Origin: Psammoneis japonica
Lineage: Eukaryota
Assembly: GCA_008632985.1 (NCBI GenBank)
Contig: QPGO01000218.1
Coordinates: 1 to 64,000, forward strand
Direction: 5' to 3'
DNA: 64,000 nucleotides
Positions 1-13,200 of the stretch are shown here, one piece after another (position 1 is the first letter of the stretch; every line of letters begins with the position of its first letter). A program made the translations under genes and the position numbers. The notes beneath the pieces are model-generated. The model did no database searches. It was not told the origin of the DNA and worked only from the letters and a program-made list of their open reading frames with translations.

Positions 1-323
1 ACCGGTATCGGGGTTAATCTTGGTCCCGCCAAAACCCGAAGTGCTTTTTCCTCTTCTTTTAGGATAGAGCGCTTCGATTGTTTCAATGTGTCTAACGATC
101 AGCTGGCAACTAGCAATGTCATGACGTGCTGAGATGATACACACAGTGAGTTAACTCTGTTATATACTGTACATAGTTGTGCTCTAGTCCTGCTTGCCAA
201 GCAGCGGTCGTTACCAGGATAGCTTTGTTTGTCGAGTAGAGTTCGTCAGTGCGCAAGCTATAAAGAAGGCGTTCATATGTTCTAGATGGAGATATCGGGA
301 TAAACAAACCCGATAATCTGGTG

Positions 324-872
324 CTATCTCAGTCGATGGCTTGGTGTCTTCTTAAGTCCCAAGCGATTCAACGCTTTGCTCAGTTTCTTATGCTTCTTTT
401 TCTTCTTCGGGCTAGGTGCAGGTTCTTCGGGGTAGTCTGTGTAAAGGTTTCCGTATCTGGAATAGCCATACTCGGTATATAGAATGCGTTTTCTGTCAGC
501 TTCTTCAATGATAAGCTCATGTGCTGGTCGGCGGGGTGATCTTGTCTTTTCGTACTCATCAAGATTCTGCACAGTGCGGTTCACACATTCCCACGAAAGT
601 TGTAGAGGCGGTTTACTACAGGAAGGGTTGTCGCCTACGACCTGCGAGTATTCCTGGATAATAACCTCCTTGAAACCAACGTGACGGGATTCACTGAATG
701 AGGAATCATCAGAGAAATGGGTGCTTGCAGTAGTGACACTAACACTGGACTCAGGTGCATTTTCCCCTTTTTTCAAAAGATTGCTTGCGGCATTGCTCAT
801 GCCAGTACTTGAAAGTGTTTTCTCACCTTCCCGGCCTAAAAGTGTCATGTCAATCATGTCAACGCGTGACAT
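324..872 (-). CDS. Hypothetical protein with a diatom-typical VxFxxVxIxEY...GDNPSCSxxPPLxLxW...DEYExxR motif and basic C-terminus
   Basis: ORF 324..980 begins at a non-ATG codon and its first in-frame ATG is at 872. Motif VGFKEVIIQEYSQVVGDNPSCSKPPLQLSWE...LDEYEKTR, plus PKKKKKHKK (NLS-like). Confidence 0.65.
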   Translation of the reverse strand: MSRVDMIDMTLLGREGEKTLSSTGMSNAASNLLKKGENAPESSVSVTTASTHFSDDSSFSESRHVGFKEVIIQEYSQVVGDNPSCSKPPLQLSWECVNRTVQNLDEYEKTRSPRRPAHELIIEEADRKRILYTEYGYSRYGNLYTDYPEEPAPSPKKKKKHKKLSKALNRLGLKKTPSHRLR

Positions 873-1487
873 TGTGTTTCTTGAATGCAAAAGTCGTTCC
901 TTTTTGTGAGAAGAAGCGTTCAAAAACTCCGTTCCTTCAGATTTGCCGCCAAAAGCGTTTTCACGATTGATATGATGCACCGTAGGTTCCTACGTAAATC
1001 TACTTGCATCTGATCAATCTGGCTTCGCATTCTGAATTGTCAAATACGTCAATCTGACGTAGATTCAGAAGTGTCAGTATTTAAGGAATATGTAGAATAG
1101 GGCATATGTAGGCGTCAGAATTACGTCTGCAGAGAATATGGACAGGCATGCAGACTGCCACGTTCGCATGGAGATGAGGTGGCAGAATTTCCACGTGATT
1201 CCTACGTAAAGATGTACCAGATTCAACGGACACGAAAATGCATCGAAGTTAGCGCGCGCATGATTCTAGAGTATCGCGCGAGACACGTACGACACACGAG
1301 CGGAGCTATTCTAATGATTTTGCGCGCGAAAAGATGTGCGCAAAAAACGCGTACGTGGTGACTGATGATGGAAGATACCCCCGCTGATGCCGGTTCTTGG
1401 TTGACACGCCTGTTGTCTGAGATGGCAACAGACTTTGCACACCCATAGTCTTGTAACAAACCTGTGTGAGAGACTTTTTGCGTGAAA

Positions 1488-2917
1488 ATGAAGTTAGCGA
1501 CTACTGCGTTGTTTTTAGTTGTCGGTGGTGCAGAAGCGTTTGTGCCGTCGCCGGTTCGAAGGGCCACGCGGACGAGCCTTTGCATGTCGGTCGAATCTGC
1601 ATCTGAGGATCGCAGATCTTTCGTCTCAAAGGTGAGAAGCCTGCTGCTCCTATATTTAATCTTGTGGAAGTCCTTGGCAGGCATTGTGTTGTTGTTCTCA
1701 CGCCTACTCGTGGTCTCCTATTGTTTACTTTTCTTTTGTAGACCGCGTCTTCTGCAGCCATCGCGTCATTAGCTACGACCGGTGCCGTCGGCGCTCTCCC
1801 TGCACCAGCATCCGCTGCAAGTTCACAGTGGACCCCAGTTCAGCTCCCTTTCGAAGATACTCTATATGATATCGATTTCGATAGGTCAGTGCCGGGTAGA
1901 ATGTTGTGACCTGTGAAAGTCAGATCCCAATTTTGAGCTTCCTTGTCGGTGACGATCTAACTTTCGTCTTTTTCTGTTGTATTTTATGCCATCAGCGAGA
2001 CGCATGGATATCTTGTTGGGGCACGCGGGGCATTTGCCGAGACAAATGACGGCGGGCTAACTTGGGAAGCAAAGTCATTTTCCAACTTGGACGCGGAAGA
2101 GGAAGTGTCGTATCGTTTTCAGGTGGCTTCGTTCAAGGATGGCGAGGGGTGGGTACTCGGGAGACCGACTCTTCTGCTTCATACGAAGGACGGTGGCAAG
2201 TCTTGGGAACGTATCCCACTGTCACCCAAGCTACCAGGTGATCCTTCTTCCATTATTGCACTCGGACCGTCTCAGGCAGAAATGACCACATCATCCGGAG
2301 CTGTGTACGTGACAGACAATGCAGGAAGGAACTGGAAGGCCCAGGTCAAGGAAACGATCGACGCTACTCTCAATCGAATCAGTAGTAGTGGTGTTAGCGG
2401 AGCTTCTTACTTTACGGGATCGATCATTAACCAGGTCCGCGACGACAACGGTTCATACCTCGCCGTTTCTAGCCGTGGAAACTTTTTCCTCACCTGGAAG
2501 CCCGGTCAAGATTTTTGGATCCCACATAACCGTGGAACTCCTCGCCGTATTCAAAACATGGGATTCGTCGAGGGAGAAATCGAAAAGGGCCTGTGGATGT
2601 CTCTTAACGGCGGAAAGCTGTACATTAGCCCAGAGGAGGTCGACCTGACAACCGACAACTTTGACTTCCAAGAAGCTAATATCAAGACTGGAGGATACGG
2701 TATCACAGATGTGGCGTGGCGGGCACCAAACGAGGTTTGGGCGGTAGGTGGGTCCAACACCATGTACGTCAGCTACGACGGCGGAAAGACCTTCAGCTTT
2801 GACAAGAGTGCAAACAATTTACCAGGTAATCTCTACAGTGTTAAGTTTTTCAAAAAGTTCGGCAACATGGGCTGGGCACTTGGAAGCAACGGAAACTTGC
2901 TCCGATACACTGGCTAG
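1488..2917 (+). CDS. HCF136: Photosystem II stability/assembly factor HCF136/Ycf48, plastid lumen-targeted, 3 exons
   Basis: MKLATTALFLVVGGAEA-FVP signal peptide with ASAFAP-like site and RRSF twin-arginine motif. Introns at about 1632-1741 and 1884-1995 (GT..AG). BNR repeats TNDGGLTW, TKDGGKSW, TDNAGRNW and Ycf48 motifs AVSSRGNF and RRIQNMGF. Confidence 0.95.
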
Positions 2918-3404
2918 ATGAACAAAATGAAGACCTAAATACTTAAAAGCAAAACATCATTGTTGGCAATGCGGGAAGGCACCTCTGGTAATACTGTAGA
3001 AGAAGGAGAACAAAACATGATTTTTAAATAAAATAAACCTCAGCGTACATGAGCTACATATCTTGAGAGGAGTAGACCTCAAGCTAAAATTGGTTCCGCC
3101 GACTGGCGAAATAAAGGATAAGGATCATCCAAAAGGATCACGGTGCCGAAGAGTTGGGCTGGAGGACCAAACGTAGCACTAAATAGAATAATCAGGATTG
3201 GATATAATCATTTTCAGTTTTTCCCGCGCTTTTTGTGTGGGGTGGAGCAATGATTCAAAATGTGGCGCGTGGCGCCGTATGGTCTCATTGTGTTGAAGCA
3301 AGTCTCGTCATAGATCCCATCGTCTGCCGTCGCAAACGGCAACCAGAAATCAGGAAAAGACCGCCGTCACTCGTGCATCTCTTGAGGTACTCGTGAAAGG
3401 GCTC

Positions 3405-4715
3405 ATGGCGACGAATCAAAGCGGAGAATCAAGTGGAGAGTCAAGCGAAGAGATGATGGAACGTGAAAAAGCACTTGCTTCATTGAAAGTGGATGACGAC
3501 GAGGCTCCCGTGTCGATGAGCTTCATTCGGAGGATTCTCGATTCTGAAACGACTGGTAGCTCCAATGCCGCTCTCGACACGACTGATGAGGATACAGGGA
3601 GGGCGAAGGGAGTTTCTTTTTCGGGCGTGAGTTCCACTGGCTCTGTCGCCTCTAGCACTGCAGATGAAGACAAAGATCATGAAGAACTTCTTCTGAAAGT
3701 GCAGAGCCTGAAGCTTGACCTAAACCAAGCAAAGCTGGACAAGTCTGCAGAAAAGACGATGAACAGAAAGAAGGACCGGAACTTAGTTAAGCTGGCAAAA
3801 GAGCTTAACAGACGAGGTGATGAACTTAAAACAAAAAACAAAGAGATATCCGAGGTATGTGTCACTTCTCCTATACTCTCGTTTGACTTTCGAAATTCAT
3901 GTGTAAAGTTGAATCAACGTCTATGTTGCTCGCTTCTTTTTTAGTTGACTGCTACTGTTGCCACGTTGGAGGCTAAGCTGGCCGCAAACCAGAAGGAACT
4001 GGAGGCTCGTGTTGCGACCAATGAGAAACAAACTCGCGAACACAATCTGAAAGTGTCGCAGCTTGGAGACGAGCAACGCAATTTGTGGAAGGAGCACCAA
4101 GCGAAAATGGCCGAGGTCCAGGAGAAAAGCATCAAAGCATCTCAGGAACACGTTGATCAGACGGATAGAATGCGAAAAGAAATCCTTGCCTCTAAGCGCA
4201 CCATTGAGAGTCTTCGTGCTGAATTAGCACGTGTCGGAAGTAAGAAGAAAGCTGACAAACTTGTGAGTCGAGGGATGTCAGCGCCTTTGACACAGTCCGA
4301 TGTTCCCGTAAAGGATCTAAAGATCACCAAGCAAATGTACGCTGGGATTTTATTCATGGTTCTAGTGGCATTTGGGTATAAGCAAGACTTGCTCTCTGTG
4401 AATGCCATGTGCGCTCCCGTGAAGCCAGGGACGATACTCGCTCACGAAGAAGTAAACTCAGATGCTCCATGGTGGGCTCCATCTTCCGTGAAGTCAGCTT
4501 CTTTCTCGATTTGTGGGGCACGTCCCCGAACACGCTTATCATGGGAAATTGGCAAGCAGGGAAATAATTTGTTGTCTGTGGTGACCTTAGACTCCGATTC
4601 GAGAAACTCACTTCTTGCGACGAAAGCCGCTTCTGCTGAAGTCAAATCTGGATCCATTACTACGATAGATAAGAAAGGCGCTTCAGAGGATTCAAAGGCT
4701 CCGTGGAAGTTGTAG
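3405..4715 (+). CDS. Coiled-coil protein with one predicted transmembrane helix, unknown function, 2 exons
   Basis: ORFs 3393..3944 and 3945..4715 joined by intron 3855-3943 (gtatgt...tttag). Long heptad-rich region and hydrophobic MYAGILFMVLVAFGY. Confidence 0.75.
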
Positions 4716-4904
4716 CTTCTTCGCTGCCGTATTGCTACTAAGCACATGCTATATATTGTCAAAGCTGGTGCATCGAAAATGACAAGCAAGGTAAACCAGA
4801 CTCTGTCGGTGCAAAAGGCCCAGAATATCAAAAAGACAACAAAGATAGGGTTTTAAATAGCGTGCCGTACGGACGCAAGAGATAAGTTGGCTTTTTTTCC
4901 ATGT

Positions 4905-7082
4905 TCATCGTTTGCAAAGAATTTTACGAATCAGACGAGCTAGTTTCAGTGATTTGACATTGTGTTGGGAAATCGTCGATCCTCGACATTCGGGCACGGC
5001 TGCATACGCCGAGCTTGTATAGCAGTGCCTCTTTTGAAATGCATCGGCCCCGGTATGTGCGGTAGCCCAAGGTGGCATGCTTATAGATGGGGTATACATC
5101 CCTGTGACTGCAGTCTTGAAGCAATCGGAAGTGCTCCCGAAGCGGAAAACTCTGTTCGTTAACCCCGGACCATAATGGGCGTACTTCCCACTATTGGTAA
5201 GCACCACTGCAGTGGATGAAGCCGGAATCACAGGCGGGTCTAGCATCATACACCAACACGTATCATTGACAAACTCTACCCCGAATTCTTCCAGTTTTGA
5301 TATGTATCCTTTCTCTTGAGCCTGCATTTGGATCTGACGTGAAATGCACGCGATCATTCTAACTTCTTTATGCTTTTTCCCGGACTGCTCCACGAGTTGC
5401 CACATATTTTCACACTCGGGGAGTGACAAATGTGGATTACCAAGAGCTATCAAATCAACCTTTTCCTTAGCCGTGAGTAATCCCCCGGCTCCATTCAACT
5501 CTCGAAAAGTGTCCAGTAGCTGCGACATTGAAACCTTCTCAACAATATCGCAGCGCTCGACGAAAAGGTTGACAGTCTCTGGATCCTGAGCTTCGGGTGT
5601 GATTCCGGCAATGTGAATTATAGGTGACGTGCCAGATGTTCCAAATGCAGCACAAAAAGCTTTTAAATGGTCTGTTGTGACTAGTTCCGGCCACCTCTCT
5701 CCTTGGAATCCAAGCAATAGTGGCACGCGTCCATCAGAAAGTTTACCGCATACATAACCAAGTGTGGGGAAGAGAGTCTCGAAAGAGGAGGGGAGGGGAG
5801 GATAGAGGGCGACAGCAGGTGATTCAGAAATTCAGTCGCGTCTATCACGATTTCCGGGCGGCGGTTTTCCTCTAGATGCACTCCTGCAGCTGGCACCTTG
5901 CCTACAATCGCGCAGCAAATGTCTAAATAATCAGCATACTTCTCCGTTCTTGCTCCAAGAACAGAGTTACTTGAGATGCAATTGCAGTGGAGGGGGGTGA
6001 GGATGTGAACTAGTTCTTCACAACGGGGTTGCGAACAATATCGAATATCGGTCGATCGAATACTCGTTCGTAAGCCTTACCTGTACACAACGGCATTGGA
6101 TTCTCCCCATATGATGTTTTGCGAAAATGTCGGCGCATCTGGGAGTAGATATGGCGCGCAAGTAAATGATTCATCACATCCCAAATCCAAGTACGCGTCG
6201 CCCAAATCAATTGAGGCTTTTGCGTAGTCGGGTGGAACACCCAAGGCGCTCCATTGACGCCGATCTGCAGAGACAGAGTTCAACGTCGTAGGGACTTTTA
6301 CTCTACCGTTCGCCTCGACAAGCTTCCTTGCAAACTCTAAGCCTCCAGGACCAATATATGTGCAGCCATCTATCTGAAATAATGCACGAAAAAGTGAGAA
6401 AACGATCGGGGTTTTGAAAACTTGCAAGTAGGGATTTGAGGATACGCACATGAGCCTTTTCAATATCAAGATATGTTGGATGGGGCGATGAGAGCTTTGC
6501 ATATCGCATCATGACTTGCAGCGACATTCTCTCTGCCTCACTAGCAACCGAACTAAGCATGGACTCCTCTTCCTTGGTCAATGAAATCTTGCAATCCAAG
6601 TCAGCAGAAGCATTCATAGAGGTCATCCTCGCTACATGTTCTTTCGAGTCCCCAGCAGCCAACTTGCCATTTGGTAGCACTCGACCGTATCGTGGCTTTT
6701 GCTGCAACAGTTCGTTGAATTTCTTGGCACCAAGGCAAAGTATATCCGGTACACACTTCACATCAAATACCTCTTGGGCTACAATCGCACCAACGCATAC
6801 TATCCCATCTACATCTCGAAGAATAAGAGCTCTTGGGGCCTTCCCGTTGAGAATAAGTTCGAGTAGCACTTGTGATGCCGTACAAGAGCCCCTTCCAGAC
6901 GGTAAGCAGAAAATTGAATCTGAAATGTCCGTATCGAACAGCGGATGCTTCGTGTCGATTATCACCCCAGATTTCGGATCCACCCCACCCCAAAATGATA
7001 ACGGTACATCTGTAAACAAAACTTTGCTAGCTGAAGAAGGACTGTCTCTATTGTCGCAAACTAAAACTTGCCCTGAGATCAT
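4905..7082 (-). CDS. Aconitase X (fused DUF126 swivel + DUF521 domains), cis-3-hydroxy-L-proline dehydratase-like, 3 exons
   Basis: N-terminal LSFWGGVDPKSGVIID..HPL and GRGSCTAS. Then GPGGL, PTTLN, FTCAPY, WGESNAVVY, GTSG, LGNPHLS, DTCWC, TNSGKYAHY. Introns near 6374-6447 and 5968-6079 (boundaries approximate). Confidence 0.88.
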
Positions 7083-7380
7083 ATTGGACTCCGCTGTGCA
7101 ATGGAGGACATGGTCAGCATGAACGCAAAACCAATTTGGTTCGTCAAGTCGGAGGAAGCGAATGCATCCAAGATTGCGAGCAATTCGCCACCTACATTCT
7201 TGAATACCATAAATATCTGCGAACTCTCTGCCGTGCTTCTTTGACTCCTCTAGGGGCCCTACGACTATGAGGCTACGACTAGCACAATGTGCAAAATAGA
7301 CCATAACGAACTGCATATTGTGTATTTTTGGTCCGACCAAAATGCACATTCGGGAAACACTACTCGTACGACTTCTCAAA

Positions 7381-10275
7381 CTACTGTTGGATTGAGAAAA
7401 GAGACTTGAGGTCTCCAATCCTAGCTTTGCGAATCTCTTCGGGCTTGAGCTTCTGCATCGCACCCTTTCCTATGGCCTCCTTCGCTTGTTGCAACGTTAT
7501 CATCCGCTCCTCAATCGTATCTTTCATAACAAAGCGTAGCACTCGAACGGGGCGAGTTTGTCCAATTCGGTGCACCTGCATGGGCGATCAAAGTGTGTCA
7601 GCGACAATGTCAAAACTCACGGAAGGCACAACATGATTAGAACAGAATGGGTCTTACTCTATCCATTGCCTGGTTTTCGACACTTGAGCTCCACCAAGTG
7701 TCCATTAAGTAGCAGTGGTTGGCGCGGTTCAACGTGATTCCCGTGCCAGCAGCATGCAAAGAAGCCAGCATGATCTTGGGACCACCATCAGCGTTGAACT
7801 CCTTCATTGCGGCAATGCGTTGCTTTGCAGACTTGCTGCCGTCGATGCGAACAAATGTCAGACCCAAAGAGGAAAGAAACGGCTCAACCGTATCAAGAAA
7901 CTTTGTAAACTGCGAAAAGATCACTCCCTTCTCGTCGCTCTTCATTTCAGCAAGGGCTTGCCCGAGCGCTTCAATTTTTGGAGAATTTCCCAACTCGTCC
8001 AACAATTCCGATAGAGCTTTCGGGGTCTCGTCCGTCGATGCGGCAGCAACGGCAGCATTCTTTTTGATCATATCTTGGGGCTCGAACTTGCCTCGACAAA
8101 ATGGGCAGAGCCCTCGGCACTGCTCCGACACTTTAGAAAGGCAGGGCTCACAAAACACATGCGAGCACGAACGCAAAATGACGGCAGCACTCTCCTCCAT
8201 CTCATTGAGACAAATGGCGCATTCCGCAGCTTCCGTGTCTTCAAAAGTACCCTTGAGTTTCTTCAAGAGCTCTTCTCCTTCTTCATGCGACAGCTGTCCT
8301 TTGCCTTCGACCTCCTTGAGAATCGATTCAGCTGCTTTGAGGCGCTCACTTGGAACAAGACTTCCGGAGCAGCAACTCTGGCGTATACGGGTAAGGGTCT
8401 CCAGAATGAGAAAATAGTTGGATAAGGCTTTGGCGTCACCACCGGAAAGCGTAGCACGGAACGCAAGCTGAGCGGACTTGAAGAGAGCATCGTGAATCTT
8501 CTTGTGCATGCTCTCTTGAGGAAAGACAATAGACCGAATCTCGACCGTCTTCTCAACAAGATCCAGCTTGCTCTTGTTGCGTCGCAGAGCTACATGTGCC
8601 ATCATTGTCCGAAGACGTGATAGACCAACGCCATCTCCGTTCATTATAGGCTGTGAAATGGCCCGACGGAAAACGGTAGCGTCGGAAAGGGGCTCGACAC
8701 CCATGAACGAAAAGAGGCTTTGAATATCCTCCGGCTTATTCTGAAGCGGCGTACCTGTCAAGCAGAGGCGAAAGTCGTTCTGCAACGCTTTGCAGCCAGC
8801 AAAGGCTCGCGATTTTGTGTTGCGAATGGTGTGGGCCTCATCAAGAATGACTCTGTGAAAAATCTTGGCAAAAATGGAGACTCCGCCCTTGTTCTTGCGT
8901 GCCTTTTTCTTTTTCGGCTGACTGTTTTCCTTGCCCGACTTCTTGGGGAACTCCACTCCATGATCCATCGAAATGGTCCCATACGATGTAATGAGAACAT
9001 CGATGCTATCATCGTTCAACAAGTCATATCGGTCGGGGCCGTGGTAAAATGCAACCTTGAGGTGACCATCTGCCACGTGTTGTTCAATCTGCTGGATCCA
9101 GTTTGGCATGACTGAGACGGGTGAAACAATAAGAGTTGTCTTGTTGGATGACTTGGACGGGTTCGCAAGAATGAGAGCAATCGCCTGGATAGTTTTGCCT
9201 GTGCATTAGAAGTGGAAATAGGGAAAATGTAAGGCGCGATCATTGGGTTTCGAGAACTAGTGCATCGAATAAAACGTACCGAGGCCCATATCGTCAGCTC
9301 TGCAAAACGATAGTAAAACAAACAAAGCGAATGAGTCTATCGATCGTTCGGCCAATTCAAATAAAAATCAAGCACCAATTCTTACAGGATAGATCCCTTG
9401 CATTTGGCGGGCTCGTGCCTCTGCGAAGAGTTGGTAATCTCCGACAACCAAACCTGCTGTCCGCCCTCATATACTTGTTTATAAAATGGTGCAGGTTGTT
9501 GGACTGTTTCTCGCTTGTACAACCAGCGGAGTCCGTCGAGTTGATGGTTGAGTAATTCTGTTTTCAATTCCTTTGGTGGGCCTATCTCTGGCAGATTCTT
9601 GAGCTGTTCCTGACTCATCTTGTCAAAGAGTTCGTCCAGATTTTGCTGCGCACTACGCCAGTCGACAGCCGTCTTGGCAACTTGTACTGACTTCTGTGCT
9701 TTCTTGGAGGAAACCAAGGATCTGTTGGGACTCCAAGACTGACGGTGTTGTTTCAGAATGCTCTGGACTTGCTCGAATAGGGCTTCGTTGCTGCCGTAAA
9801 TCTCAATCGTACAAGGCAGCGCAAACTGATTTCCGCTGTATGGAATCGTGCCGTCAAGTTTGACATTCATGCCGCTATCCATAATGGGCGATAAGACAGA
9901 GGCCGTTGTCTTCTTGATGTGTCCCACCTTGATTCCGGCCATGTTGTCGACCCTAATAGCGTTGCGGTCGTAAGGATTCGAAGGCTCGCGAACGAGCGTG
10001 ACGAACTCCCCTGGGTGTGCGACTCCTGTATAGTAGCGAATGCCGACAACCTGAACCCGGCAACCAATCGTTTGTAAGGTTCCAATAAGATAAACAACAC
10101 ACTACTCACAGCGGGGAAAGCACTTTCAACTTACGTTACAGCTCAAAGATCCCAGAAGCACAGACGGGCTTTCTGCTTCCTCCTCCTCTTCGTGTTGACT
10201 CGAAGTCAGATCAATCATTGCCACGCCTGTCGGCGATTTTAGCGAACTATCTCCTGTAAGGTCGATCGTCGCCAT
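7381..10275 (-). CDS. HLTF/Rad5-like SNF2 ATPase with HIRAN and C3HC4 RING domains, multi-exon
   Basis: HIRAN (VVGIRYY...LVREPSNPYDRNAI..VGHI), Walker A LADDMGLGKT assembled across introns, ILDEAH, LTGTPLQN, RING CAIC..CSHVFCEPC..CPFCR, QAMDRVHRIGQ. ATG at 10275. Confidence 0.92.
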
Positions 10276-13200
10276 GGTCGCGCTGCAGTTTCAACTTATT
10301 GTTGTCTCTGCACTATCTACTTCCTACCGGTAGCTCTTGCCGAAGGAGACCAGCCACAAAAGAAAATGTGAATGGCATCAGCCCCCGCCGGCCCGAAGGC
10401 ATCGTCGTCATTTTTCGCGCATCGACGCGCGTTGGAGGGAGTCAAAAAACGGCGCGCTTTGATTTCATTTGGATCGGCCGGCTCACGTGAAGTTCGATGA
10501 GAACACACTTCACATCTGCATCACCACGCCAATGTGTCGAAAAGTGCAAAATTCCATCCGACGTTCAACATGAGCAATGCAACACCGACAACCACAGACA
10601 CTGACGCATCGTTGCATCGCTCGTTTCAGCAGTTTACGGCCTGCCCTGCATCCAAGAACACAAGCCACGTGCTGTGTCACTCACAATGAAAAGGTTTCTT
10701 GTGCAAGCAAATTGGGGTCACTTTCATGTCAATGTGTGTTTCAGCGGCGTTTTCATTGGTCGGGCCAACAAAGCCAGGATCCTGTGTGATGTGCAATGCA
10801 GAGAGGGAAAGAAATGGCATGCTTTGGATTGGCTTGCTTGTTCTCCTGGTGCTCAATCATGTCCACTCCAGCTGAAGTGTTTTTGTTTGACACGCCATTT
10901 CTGTGCCACATGCCAAAAATTTTGAAGAACCAAAATTGCCACACAACACCACAGAGAAACAAGTGCAGCAATTGGCAATGCAATGCCAGCCTTGACAAGC
11001 ACAAAAAAACACTGATGTGCACTGTCACATTTTGCTTGCTTCACCAGCTTTGTGGCTTGCACACCAGCGAGGAGAGTGCGCAACTCCAAGCTGTGCTTTC
11101 CAAACAAGGTTTAGAAAGAAATCCTTTGAGCCAGGAAAAGCATGCACTTTGCCAGAAGGAAATGTGTTGTCATCATCTGCAACTGTGCTGCCTTTGAGCA
11201 GTCCCTGTGTGCAGTTTCTGCAAGGGACCAAGAAACTTGTGTCTTTTCATCCCCGCCTTTCTTGAGTGCTCTTTTCATCATGCTGTTGTTGACATGCAAA
11301 CAAGGGGCTGCATTTTGGGGCACATTGAGTCCTCAGCTGATGAAGCAATTGCAAATGACAACAAGCCCTTTATGTGCACAGCTCACATGCTGAGAGGGCA
11401 GCTGAAACAGAAACACCAGCCAACCAACCAAAAAGGAGGAGGTGGCACAGTGTTGAAGAAAAATGTTTTGAATCATCTCCTGGTTTCAACACCATCAAAT
11501 GCCAAGATCAACTCATTGCATTGTGCCAACCAGCCAACAACCACCACTGCACTGCTTTGTGCAACAAATGGATCTTTGGCTCCAGCTGCAGCGGCTCACA
11601 CATGCTGCTCTTGCCACCAAGACAAAATGGCTGAACTGGTGTCTTTGCAATGATGTGAGCATGAGTTTGAAAAGGTGTCCAATGGCCCAATGGCACAAGT
11701 GTCTGCTGTGTTCTGAATCAGGCTGCCAAAGGTGGCAAAGAAATTCTTTTACAAAAATGGGAAGCAGAAAAAATTTGATGCAGACAGTTGTTTTTTGTGT
11801 GCGACAAATTGCGGCGCATGCTGCACTCTGTTTTTTCACACTCATGTTCCCAGTCAACAGACTCTTTTTGTTTGTTGGATTCTGTCTCATCATCCTCATC
11901 ATTTTTTCCTCATTTTCTTAATCCAGCTCTTCTTCAGTGTTGCTTTCCTCATCTCTGTGTGGTGAACTCCTCAAAACAGTCCAATGCACCACACTGTCAT
12001 TTTGCTTTAAGAATGGACTTGTGCCCATCATTGTTGAAATGCAGTGGATTTAGATGATGTGCTGTGCCCCTGCTGCAAGTCCCAGGCAGTTGCAGGGAAG
12101 GCAGCAGTTCATTTGGCTCAGTGTGGCTGCTTGTCATTGCAATTTGCTTGAGCAGCCCTCTCATTTGCAACTCAAGTGATTGCCCAGGCATGCACCACCC
12201 TTTGGCTCTTAGAACAGAGCTCAAACATGTTCCCTTGCAAACCCACCCACCAGCTTTCACAGCAGCAGGCAGGTTGTGCTCTCTCCATGCATCATCTTCT
12301 GCAGCTTTGTGGGGAATTTTTCATCCCATTGGAGCAGACAAAAACCATCTTCTGAGTCACAGGACAATGTGCAGCACAACTGCTGGCAACAACCTTCATG
12401 GCAACTTCATTGGTCAAAACATCCAATGCCAATTGTGAGCCACTTGCTTGAACCTCACTGGCAGCATCGCCTTCATTTGTTTGACAAACTTGACAGACTT
12501 GCCAGTCATTCAGCAACTCAAAAACATTGGCCACAACTTGAAAATGCGTTGTGACCACAGGGGCATGTCTCAGCCAGTTGTTGTGAAGGGCTCACATTGC
12601 TTGCCCATGGCATCTTGGCTGCTTCAGTTGAGCCTTGCATGCACAAGAAATTCACCTCATGGCAACCAAGCCAATGGGAAAGTCAGGTTCAACCCACAAT
12701 GAAGTTTGCATGGCTCCTGCTGCAATTCTTGCAGCTTGACTTTGATGGAGCCACTGACAACAATGATGGGATCTTGTGGATGGCAAACTCTTTCTTTCTT
12801 TCTTTCCTCTGTTGGCTTCCAAATTAGCATGCTTTCTGTCACCAAATGCTTCTTTGTTGTTTCCTCCCTTTTAAGATTTTTCAAACACTTGCACAGAGCT
12901 GTGCTCATTGACAATGTTGTTGTTGTCTGTCACCAATGCACTGGCACCAACTCTCTTGTCTTTGTCATGATTCACTCCAGCCACATTGATGGGCTTCATT
13001 TCCTGACAGATGGCTGACTTCATGTGCACTTCAATGCCACCTGCTTCTCCACTGCCATGTCCAGGTGATCACCACAGTGCCCAACATTCCTCTGCCTTCA
13101 GCGGGGACCTTGTTTGGTTGCTGCTGCAGCAATCACAACACATGAACTTGGTTGTTGAGCTGTGATGCCATTCTCTTGGAGCAGCAGCCCACAGGTGCAA

